Part shown: positions 18,279 to 26,296 of the stretch, one piece after another | Layout: the number at the start of each line of letters is the position of its first letter | Position numbering within the stretch: the stretch's first letter is position 1 | Notes under the pieces: model-generated | Databases searched by the model: none | Told to the model about the DNA's origin: nothing | The model's input: the letters and a program-made list of their open reading frames with translations, nothing else | Program-made: the position numbers and the translations under genes | From: Promethearchaeota archaeon | Lineage (GTDB): Archaea > Asgardarchaeota > Hermodarchaeia > Hermodarchaeales > Hermodarchaeaceae | Direction: 5' to 3' | NCBI GenBank assembly: GCA_048938295.1 | Contig: JBHLMI010000011.1 | Coordinates: forward strand, 30,001-62,000 | Length of the DNA: 32,000 bases

Positions 18279-18683
18279 TTAGTCTTTGAGTGGCATAATT
18301 GTATACTTCACCTGAAGAAGGCCACGCATGGCACGGATCCGACTTATGAACTCGGTTATGTCCTCGGCTTCTCCCTCGGCAATGAATACCTCAAGGCAAT
18401 AGGCTTCACCGAGGTGCAAATGCATGTTACCCGACACAATATGGCTGTAAGCATGACGGAGACGAGTTAATCGCTCATCCACTCCCTGCTGCTCGTGGGT
18501 CGAGATGGCCGTGATGGTGGCCGTAACCCGTCCTCCTTCAAACTTTTCAAGTTCAAATTCAGAAAGTGCGGTACGAACCGCATCTCGAATAGCCTCCGAA
18601 CGACTAGAATAACCCCGTTCCTGCATGAATTGATCCAATTGCTTTAGGAGTTTGGTGGTCAGAGAAATGCTAATAATGGGCAT
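18279..18683 (-). CDS. nikR: NikR family metal-responsive regulator
   Basis: N-terminal ribbon-helix-helix (SRSEAIRDAVR) and the exact Ni-site spacing H-x10-H-x-H-x5-C. SD AGGTGA. Confidence 0.88.
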   Translation of the reverse strand: MPIISISLTTKLLKQLDQFMQERGYSSRSEAIRDAVRTALSEFELEKFEGGRVTATITAISTHEQQGVDERLTRLRHAYSHIVSGNMHLHLGEAYCLEVFIAEGEAEDITEFISRIRAMRGLLQVKYTIMPLKD

Positions 18684-18692
18684 GCCATCACC

Positions 18693-18730
18693 TTATTAAT
18701 TCTTAGCATCGATTTTAATAAATATTATTA
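18693..18730. promoter_or_regulatory. Candidate operator(s) in the nikR / P1B-ATPase divergent promoter
   Basis: TTATTAA-N15-TTAATAA (18693-18721) overlapping TAATAA-N3-TTATTA (18716-18730). The region is AT-rich, so chance is possible. Confidence 0.35.
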
Positions 18731-18822
18731 GGAATTTGCATTTTAATTAGCACTACCTTAATAGATTATACCAGCATCAGGTGAATTCAGACTAGACGTA
18801 TTATGTCCTGGGGAAATCACTA

Positions 18823-20769
18823 GTGCCAGACCAGCGTTACGAAAATGGGAATAATTGCACAGTGTGCGAAGTAGCCTTTGAACCTGCCATTCACAGATCT
18901 TCGTTTTGGCGTGATTACCGGGTTCTCATTATTCTTGTCTCAACTGCGTTGTTTGCCTTGGGACTCATCGTCGATTTCGTCCTGCACCAGCAGCTCATCG
19001 CCTTTGCCCTGTACCTATTTGCGGTGGGTATTGCAGGGTATTCCATTGCTAAAGAGGGAATCAAAGCATTGATCTTCAAGCGACGGCTGAACATCGCCTT
19101 TCTAATGACAATCGCGGCCGTGGCCAGCTTCTTCATTGGACATCCAGCGGAAGGTGCTGCTGTAATGGTGCTGTACTTCATTGCGGAGTTTCTTGAAATT
19201 AAGGCGAATGAGAATGCCCAGCGATCCGTCGCTTCCCTGATGAAGTTGGCACCGGAAACGGCGACTATAAAACGTGATGGCAAAGAATCCCGCGTTCATG
19301 TTCACGAAGTAAACCTCGATGAAATAGTGGTGGTTCGACCCGGTGAAAAAATCCCGTTAGATGGAATCGTTATCCAGGGATCGTCTAGTGTCAATCAAGC
19401 CCCCATTACTGGTGAATCGCTTCCAGTCGAAAAAGAAGCCAATGATGAGGTGTACGCAGGGACCATAAACAATGAAGGCTATCTCGAAATTCGAGTAACC
19501 CGATTATCGAATGAAACCGTGCTTGCCAAGATTTTGACCATGGTTGAGGAGGCGCAAAAATCCAAATCTCCTATTGAACACTTCGTGGACAAGTTTGCGA
19601 AATATTATACACCCTCAGTCGTTGTCGTTGCGGTTGTTGTTGCAACGATTCCATCAATTCTTTTGGGTGCTCTTTGGATAGACTGGATCTATCGAGCCCT
19701 TATTCTTCTGGTAATATCTTGTCCTTGTGCTCTCGCTATCGGAACGCCGGTGGCGATGGTGTCAGCTTTGACGAGTGCAACGAAGCAAGGGGTGCTGATT
19801 AAAGGAAGTCGGTATATCGAAGCATTGGGCAACGTGAAGGTGGTCGCATTCGATAAGACCGGAACCTTGACTTCGGGTCAATTAGCGGTGACCGACGTTA
19901 TTTCCTTTGACGAATCTGACGAATCGGTTCTCCGAGTGGCAGCGTCAATTGAGAGCTTCTCGGAGCACCCAATTAGTAAAGCAATTGTAGCGAAAGCCTT
20001 GAATCCCGGATTACAAGTCAGCGACGTGGATGATTTCACAACTATCACTGGACAAGGCGTCTCGGGCAGAATCGACACCGTACAATATTTTGTTGGAAGT
20101 GAACGGCTTTTCACTAAATTAGCTATCCCGTATCCTAAGAATCAAGTTCGGCATCTAGAGGAAGAAGGAAAAACAGTTATCCTGGTCGGTGATTCAGCGC
20201 GAGCGATTGGCGTAATTGCAATTCAGGATACGATTCGACCCTCCAGTATGAGTACCATTGCAACTCTGAAACAAATGGGGATCAAAACCGTCATGGTGAC
20301 CGGCGATAATGAACACACTGCCGCGTTTATCGCCAAACAAATCGGCATCGATGCGTTCTATGCAAATCTGATGCCTGAAGATAAAGTCAAGATTCTCGAA
20401 GAGTTGCAGCAACATTACGGGGCCATCGCAATGGTGGGAGATGGGGTGAATGATGCCCCCTCGCTAGCCACCGCGGATGTAGGCATTGCGATGGGAGCTA
20501 TTGGAAGTGACGCGGCTATCGAAACCGCCGACATTGCATTAATGCATGATGATCTCGCAAAATTGCCCTATCTATTTGAACTGAGCCAAAAAACGCGAAG
20601 TATTGTTCGTCAAAATATCGGAACCGCATTAATTGTAAAATTTAGTCTGGCCGCTCTGGTCTTCCCGGGCTTAATCACTCTCTGGTTGGCGGTAGCCATC
20701 GGAGATATGGGCTTATCTTTAGCAGTTATACTCAACGCGATGCGACTTTCCCGAGTAAGAGCTGAATGA
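18823..20769 (+). CDS. Heavy-metal P1B-type ATPase (P1B-2, Zn/Cd/Pb ZntA/CadA-like)
   Basis: TGES, SCPCAL, DKTGTLT, SEHP, TGDN and GDGVNDAP. Lys and DMG in the last two TM helices are the P1B-2 signature. A short CxxC N-terminus replaces an HMA domain. Confidence 0.92.
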   Translation: MPDQRYENGNNCTVCEVAFEPAIHRSSFWRDYRVLIILVSTALFALGLIVDFVLHQQLIAFALYLFAVGIAGYSIAKEGIKALIFKRRLNIAFLMTIAAVASFFIGHPAEGAAVMVLYFIAEFLEIKANENAQRSVASLMKLAPETATIKRDGKESRVHVHEVNLDEIVVVRPGEKIPLDGIVIQGSSSVNQAPITGESLPVEKEANDEVYAGTINNEGYLEIRVTRLSNETVLAKILTMVEEAQKSKSPIEHFVDKFAKYYTPSVVVVAVVVATIPSILLGALWIDWIYRALILLVISCPCALAIGTPVAMVSALTSATKQGVLIKGSRYIEALGNVKVVAFDKTGTLTSGQLAVTDVISFDESDESVLRVAASIESFSEHPISKAIVAKALNPGLQVSDVDDFTTITGQGVSGRIDTVQYFVGSERLFTKLAIPYPKNQVRHLEEEGKTVILVGDSARAIGVIAIQDTIRPSSMSTIATLKQMGIKTVMVTGDNEHTAAFIAKQIGIDAFYANLMPEDKVKILEELQQHYGAIAMVGDGVNDAPSLATADVGIAMGAIGSDAAIETADIALMHDDLAKLPYLFELSQKTRSIVRQNIGTALIVKFSLAALVFPGLITLWLAVAIGDMGLSLAVILNAMRLSRVRAE

Positions 20770-20961
20770 ACCATTTAGATAAAAAGTGCTCAAAGGAAGG
20801 AAAGAGCCTTTCACTACCGTAGGCGTTATCCGCTATTCTCTTGGCCTTCGAAGACAAAATTCTTCGCGTATCACGGATTGCTGCCTTTTGAGGACCTTTT
20901 TTATACCAGCGTGACTTAACACTGTTAATACTAAATACTGTTAGGTTCATGGCGGCTTGCT

Positions 20962-21933
20962 GTGTTAGCTAAGAATCCGATTGATCTTATCGGTAATACA
21001 CCCATGGTGCTTGTGCGTAGCCTTAATCCAAATCCAAAGGTGCGTTTTTACCTGAAGCTTGAAAAATTCAATCCAGGTGGCTCGGTTAAGGACCGCATTG
21101 CCAAGTATATGATCGAAGATGCAGAACAACGCGGGGTACTGACTAAAGATAAGATTGTCGTGGAACCTACGAGTGGGAATACGGGTATTGGTCTGGCGAT
21201 GGTGTGTGGCGTTAAGGAGCATCGGCTTGTGCTGGTGATGCCCGAATCGATGACTCGAGAACGTCGACAGATGCTGATTGCGTATGGGGCGCACCTTATC
21301 CTAACCCCCGCGAAAAAGGGTATGGATGGTGCAGAAGATGAAGCCCATCGTATTGCCAACGAGAATCCGGATACCTATTTCATGCCCAACCAGTTCGCCA
21401 ATGAAGCGAATGTACGGGCTCACCGAGAAACGACAGCCGAGGAAATCTGGCGGGATACAAGAGGAAAGATCACCCATTTTGTTGCTGGATTAGGAACGAC
21501 GGGGACTGTCATGGGCGTAGGTTCCGCATTGAAACCTAGAAATAAAGAATTACAACTCATTTGTGTGGAAGCGGATGCCAAAACGCCGATACCCGGGCTC
21601 AAGAACCTCACAACGCAATATGTGCCCAAAATCTTTCAGAAGGAATTGATTGATGGACGAACAACTGTCTGCTTAGATGAGGCCCAAGAAGCTGTACGAC
21701 TTTTGGCGTTACGCGAAGGAGTGTTTGTAGGTCCCAGTTCAGGGGCAATTTTCATTAGGGCACACGAACTGGCAAAGTCAATTAAATCAGGGACAATCGT
21801 GGCTTTAATGCCAGACGGAGGAGAACGATACCTTAGTACACAGGAATGTGATCTCAACAAGTGCAGTGAATGCGTCCAACGATACGGAATTGAATGCATA
21901 CTACCTTCGCTACGATCCCCCAAATCACTGTAG
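20962..21933 (+). CDS. cysM: Cysteine synthase (CysM-like) with Cys-rich C-terminal tail
   Basis: NPGGSVKDR, EPTSGNTG, GTTGT and DGGERYLST, followed by the tail ECDLNKCSECVQRYGIEC. Confidence 0.85.
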   Translation: MLAKNPIDLIGNTPMVLVRSLNPNPKVRFYLKLEKFNPGGSVKDRIAKYMIEDAEQRGVLTKDKIVVEPTSGNTGIGLAMVCGVKEHRLVLVMPESMTRERRQMLIAYGAHLILTPAKKGMDGAEDEAHRIANENPDTYFMPNQFANEANVRAHRETTAEEIWRDTRGKITHFVAGLGTTGTVMGVGSALKPRNKELQLICVEADAKTPIPGLKNLTTQYVPKIFQKELIDGRTTVCLDEAQEAVRLLALREGVFVGPSSGAIFIRAHELAKSIKSGTIVALMPDGGERYLSTQECDLNKCSECVQRYGIECILPSLRSPKSL

Positions 21934-22204
21934 AATTGGTTAGTGGGTAATTCGCTGGTTTTAACTCGTATTAAAGCCACGATTGTAAAAAGGATATTCT
22001 TCCGATCGTCCTTGTTGCTAATAACCACTATTCCTCTGGTCATTCGCCTCGTACAGTTTAACCTGCAACACATGCCACTGTGTACATGTCGAATAAATTG
22101 TATATATTATTCCGAAAGGCTTTTACGTCGTCACAATGGGAAGGTGTCGTTCTTCACGCAGGCGTTGAATAAATGAAAGCGCGAGATTGTAAGGGGTGAA
22201 ATGA

Positions 22205-22633
22205 TTGAGTTCGTCCAAACATGTTATTGATGTGGCTCGCAGAAAAGTGGTTTCAGGGCTTCCGAACGACTCGCTCCAGTCGATAGCCAAGAGTATGGTG
22301 GACCATTGGATTACTAGTGTTGTCATCGTGGAAGCGGGGAAACCCGTGGGAATCGTGACTGATGGCATAATATTCAGGCTAATAGCTAAGGGGCATAATC
22401 CATTGAAGCTTATGGCAAAGGATGTAATGGCTCACCCAGTGGAAACAATCCATGAAGATGTAGATCTGGAAGATGCCGAAGACGCTTTTCGAAAATCCAA
22501 GGTGAGCCGGTTAGTAATAGTAAATGATAAAGGACAGGTTAAAGGCATCGTCAGCAAAAAAGACGTGGATCGGTTTGCCGCCTATTCGCTGGCAGAAAAG
22601 CTCCTTCAACATCGACACGAAGTCATGGACTAA
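22205..22633 (+). CDS. Tandem CBS domain protein
   Basis: VGIVTDG and VKGIVSKKD CBS motifs. SD GGGGTGA precedes the TTG start. Confidence 0.88.
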   Translation: MSSSKHVIDVARRKVVSGLPNDSLQSIAKSMVDHWITSVVIVEAGKPVGIVTDGIIFRLIAKGHNPLKLMAKDVMAHPVETIHEDVDLEDAEDAFRKSKVSRLVIVNDKGQVKGIVSKKDVDRFAAYSLAEKLLQHRHEVMD

Positions 22634-22904
22634 TCTTCAACTCCCTATGACAAATAGTAAAGCTAGCGTGAGACGTGGTTTTACAGTCGATAAATACCAC
22701 TAGCATTGGCTTCGTAGACATGAGCGCAACACTTGAAAAAGGACGTGAGAATAGTAGTCGTGGCTACCCAACATTTAGCCTATGAGTGGCGTGATCGTGT
22801 ACTTTGGTATTCTACTCTAGGCAATTGGTGACTTGTGTTAGGAATTAAACACTAGTAGTATTTTCATACTATCGTGTTGAAAAAAAGAGGAGAAGGGGAT
22901 CAAG

Positions 22905-23456
22905 CTAGTGTAGCTTGATCTGCTTCATTTTTCGTTGGGGGCTAGGTTCCCGTTTGGGTATTTCCAGGTTTAAGACACCATTTTCCATGGTGCCTTCCGC
23001 GAGGTCGGGGTCGACTTCTTCGGGGAAGTTGATGGTTCGTTGGCTAGCAGAATAGCTTCGTTCGCGGTGCACAAATTCTTGGTCGTTTGCTGCTTTTTCT
23101 AATTTTCTTTCTGCGCGGATGTTCAATGTGTCATTGTTCAACTCGATTTTGACCATTTCCTTGCTATATCCGGGGAGTTCTGCTTTGATCAAGTATTGGT
23201 GGCCCTGATCGATGATATCGACAAGGGCTGCTCGAGTCGGCAAGGCATCCATTCTACTTGGCTCCCATGCTCGCATCGGGAGGAAGGGCGCCATCATATT
23301 GTCGAAAGATCTCTTGAAGTCGTCGAAGAGGGAATCAAATCCGCGGTAGAGGCGGTTATCGTTTCTCGGTTCAACCGCTACTCGTTGTTCGTTCATAGGA
23401 GAAGTTACGATGGCTTTTTTAGCTGCTGTTTGTCTCGACGTGTTTACTACCTTCAA
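22905..23456 (-). CDS. hsp20: Small heat shock protein Hsp20
   Basis: Alpha-crystallin motifs AELPG, ERSYS...R.I.FP and MENGVL.L.IPK. Start is TTG 23456 or ATG 23396; the ORF extension to 23552 overlaps the promoter. A T7 run (minus strand) lies at 22880-22886. Confidence 0.9.
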   Translation of the reverse strand: MKVVNTSRQTAAKKAIVTSPMNEQRVAVEPRNDNRLYRGFDSLFDDFKRSFDNMMAPFLPMRAWEPSRMDALPTRAALVDIIDQGHQYLIKAELPGYSKEMVKIELNNDTLNIRAERKLEKAANDQEFVHRERSYSASQRTINFPEEVDPDLAEGTMENGVLNLEIPKREPSPQRKMKQIKLH

Positions 23457-23503
23457 TTTACAACTTTTTGTAGTAAACCTTATATTACTAACTTGCTTAT
23501 AAA
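23457..23503 (-). promoter_or_regulatory. hsp20 promoter: TATA-like box plus palindromic operator
   Basis: TTTATAAG (minus strand, 23503-23496) and TTTACAAC-N5-GTAGTAAA (23457-23477). Confidence 0.7.
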
Positions 23504-23602
23504 TATATCGGTAAAACACATCTCTCATAGCGAATAATTGCCCAAAGATCAATCAAATCCAAGAATTACTCTAATGAAATGGGGCCTTGAGGTTCGTTAG
23601 TT

Positions 23603-24349
23603 TTATTCGAACAGGGTGGTGTCCAGGCTTGCTTTTAATTCGCTAATTATCTCTTTTACAGTGGCTTCCCGCAGATTCAACACTTCAGAAATACGTCTTA
23701 TGCTGTCGTCATGGGAATCAATGGCATGGTGCAAGACGCGGCGGGCATCGGGGCTATCAATTTGCTGCACCATCTTGCGGGTTTCTTTCATCACGCTGTT
23801 TCGAATGTAAAGGAGAACCAGTTTTTCTTCTTCGAGGTAATCGAGGTGTTCATCTATATCTGTTAGAATCTCTGCTAAGTGATCGATTTTCCTCTCTTCT
23901 TTAGGATATTTGAAAAGTTCCTTCACTCGATTCAGGAAGGCTGCTGCCTTTTCAGAAAGGGTTTCTTGGTCTGGCTCTACATCAAAGGCTATTACTTTCT
24001 CTTTGAAGAGATGTGGACCGATGTTCACCATGATAGCGAGGCTCTTGTTTAAGAAGTAGATTCGCCGTTTGGGTCCTTGAGGGCTTGTTTCTTTAGCAGA
24101 CTCAACGAGCTGTGCCTTTTCCATGATTTTAAGATGTTTGGCGACAAGTTGTTGACTTAAATTGAGGTCTTTGGCAAGCTGGAGAGGGTAATTGGGTTCT
24201 TGGCTTAAACGTTGGATAACTAGTCGGCGAATGGGGCTGTCTAAAATTCGCAAAATTGAATCGAGCTCGGTATCGCGTCTCGGTTTGACTCCAGTTTCCT
24301 TTCCTTTTTTGGAAGTTGATACAATCTTTTTTTTGCTCTTACTATTCAT
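23603..24349 (-). CDS. ArsR-type winged-HTH heat-shock repressor (Phr/HSR1-like)
   Basis: ILDSPIRR...LSQEPNYPLQLA..L...VAKHL..ME and GPKRRIY motifs, with a C-terminal coiled region. Adjacent to hsp20. Confidence 0.8.
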   Translation of the reverse strand: MNSKSKKKIVSTSKKGKETGVKPRRDTELDSILRILDSPIRRLVIQRLSQEPNYPLQLAKDLNLSQQLVAKHLKIMEKAQLVESAKETSPQGPKRRIYFLNKSLAIMVNIGPHLFKEKVIAFDVEPDQETLSEKAAAFLNRVKELFKYPKEERKIDHLAEILTDIDEHLDYLEEEKLVLLYIRNSVMKETRKMVQQIDSPDARRVLHHAIDSHDDSIRRISEVLNLREATVKEIISELKASLDTTLFE

Positions 24350-24368
24350 CGCTATGTAAACTCTTCAA

Positions 24369-24389
24369 TATACTACTAAATGTTGTATA
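24369..24389. promoter_or_regulatory. Second copy of the heat-shock operator (autoregulatory site)
   Basis: TATACTAC-N5-GTTGTATA, 20-40 nt upstream of the regulator ATG. Confidence 0.7.
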
Positions 24390-24445
24390 ATTAAAGTTAT
24401 TTATTGTGCAGTTGCATAGAAGCCATCGTCTTTAGTCGAGGTAGT

Positions 24446-26140
24446 TCACGCTGTAACAACCTCAATTTTGAGTTTGGGTTTACTAATCACTTCACGTTGT
24501 TCTTTGAGGATGTTTCGGGCAATGTCTAAGGCTGTTTCATCATCGTAGACGCCTTGAGCGTTTTTCCGTGCTTCTTGGAGCATCTGACGCTGCACCTTGA
24601 GTTTCAAATCCCCAATGGTCAACGCACCAATACCATAGTTTTCAGGAATTAGCTCACGAAAATCATCTGTAGGAGTTAGAGATTCGATTCCACTTGGAGG
24701 TACAGCATTTACATCCAATAGAATTTTTGTCCCTAAAACAGATTGCAGCTGTTCGAGTGATACTAATTGAATACCCGGAGAGCCAACAGCGAAAATAAGG
24801 TTAGCATCCTCTAGAAGTTCATGAAGGTCATCAGGTGAAGTTGATTGCACGCCTTCCACTTTATTACTCTCGATTGAGGCCCGGTGCGCTACTTCTCTGG
24901 CCCGGTCAATATTTCGTGAGGTTAATACTGTCAGCGCTCCACTCTTGGAAAGTAAATGAGCCACACTTTCTCCAACTGGTCCTGTACCTGCAAGAACTAA
25001 CGCAATGTTACTTTTGAGTGAACCTTGGTTAAGTCTGCGCAGAGCTTCCTCAGCTTTGGCAACCATAGCCGCCGCCGTGGAAAATGCACCGTGTGGATCA
25101 ATAATTACTGCCGTTTCGAAAGGTTTCACCATGGCCTTTTGAATTCTGTCTGCCATTTGACGAGCAAGGGAAACCTGACGTCCTCCAACAAAGAAGCAAA
25201 GATGCTTTACTCCCTTGGTTCCCCTTGAAAAGATAGCATCTTGGACTAAGTCTTGAATCCGATCAAGCGACACTCCAGAATATGGAACTACAACATCAAA
25301 TCCTGCGTCGTACGCTACACAGATATCAAACGGGCTAGCGTGGTCATCCGCTTCTAGGAAAAAAAGAATGTCACTTAGTTTTGTTTTTGGGCGCTTAATC
25401 ACTGGCACAACAGAAACCGAAGAAACTCCTGTGAGCTCCGTCATGCCTTTCATTTCCTCTTTTGGCACTTCTGAAAGAATTCGTTTGAAGCTTATAGGGA
25501 CCACATCTACCTCCAAGGATTGCAAAAGTTCCATTAAACCTTGGAAATGTCTGGGGCTGCTCAAGTGAAACGTGGTTATTCGCTTCTTCTTAAGAAGTTC
25601 AGCTTGTTGTAAAATCCCCATAGTAATCCAGCTTTCACGGATTCCAAATTGTACTTGTCTAATTTCCTCTTCAAGTTCATCGTGCAAGTACTGACCATAG
25701 GCGACAAGCCGATCTATTTTGTCTTGCACACTTGGAGTTATTTTTTCATCTGATAGGATTCTTAACCCGTCTAAGACCTCATTGCGCTTTTCCAGTTTCA
25801 ACTTGATACTCCGTGAGAGGTATGAGTGAGCGAACTCGTCCATTTCAACCGCATAAAAAGGGATCTTTAATTTTGAGAATACATCCGCTACTGGGTTGTC
25901 TTCACGGAATTCCTTCAAGCTCCGCAGACCCAATTCATCGGTGGCAAAATCTGGTGACTCTGATTCAGCAATCTGCTTGATCATATCGCAATAAGCCATT
26001 GAAGGGCGTTTTATTGCAGAAATCTTCGATTCAGATTCAGAAGGAGGGGAATGAATGAGCCAAGGTTCGTCATAGGCCTTTCTAATTAGGAAGACCCGCA
26101 ATTTTTTCCCACTTAAAGGGGCAAGCTCTAACGTTTTCAA
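24446..26140 (-). CDS. mtd: NAD(P)-dependent methylene-H4MPT/H4F dehydrogenase (MtdA/MtdB-type) fused to an N-terminal ~220 aa domain
   Basis: The C-terminal ~310 aa carry SPFDICVAYDAG, QDAIFSRG, TAAAMVAK, LAGTGPVG, DVNAVPP.GI and GIGALTIGDLK. SD AGGTGA precedes the TTG start. Confidence 0.85.
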   Translation of the reverse strand: MKTLELAPLSGKKLRVFLIRKAYDEPWLIHSPPSESESKISAIKRPSMAYCDMIKQIAESESPDFATDELGLRSLKEFREDNPVADVFSKLKIPFYAVEMDEFAHSYLSRSIKLKLEKRNEVLDGLRILSDEKITPSVQDKIDRLVAYGQYLHDELEEEIRQVQFGIRESWITMGILQQAELLKKKRITTFHLSSPRHFQGLMELLQSLEVDVVPISFKRILSEVPKEEMKGMTELTGVSSVSVVPVIKRPKTKLSDILFFLEADDHASPFDICVAYDAGFDVVVPYSGVSLDRIQDLVQDAIFSRGTKGVKHLCFFVGGRQVSLARQMADRIQKAMVKPFETAVIIDPHGAFSTAAAMVAKAEEALRRLNQGSLKSNIALVLAGTGPVGESVAHLLSKSGALTVLTSRNIDRAREVAHRASIESNKVEGVQSTSPDDLHELLEDANLIFAVGSPGIQLVSLEQLQSVLGTKILLDVNAVPPSGIESLTPTDDFRELIPENYGIGALTIGDLKLKVQRQMLQEARKNAQGVYDDETALDIARNILKEQREVISKPKLKIEVVTA

Positions 26141-26296
26141 TTAATCACCTGCCTATATTAGGCAGTTAAGGCTTCTTCCCATCTGAGAAAAAGGCGATGA
26201 AAATTTATTTTAGATGAAAAAAGACAATTTTTATAGTCAAGCTCGTTGCCCAAGGCAAATTGTGAACTAGATCGGGGCAGATATCTTAAGTTCAAA

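Noticed and set aside
22848-22886. Hairpin near the hsp20 3' end as a bacterial-type terminator
   Set aside because: On the transcribed strand the T-run precedes the imperfect hairpin. Only the T-run is retained as a plausible archaeal terminator.
23457-23552. N-terminal extension of the Hsp20 ORF to 23552
   Set aside because: It runs through the TATA-like box and operator, so the true start is downstream.
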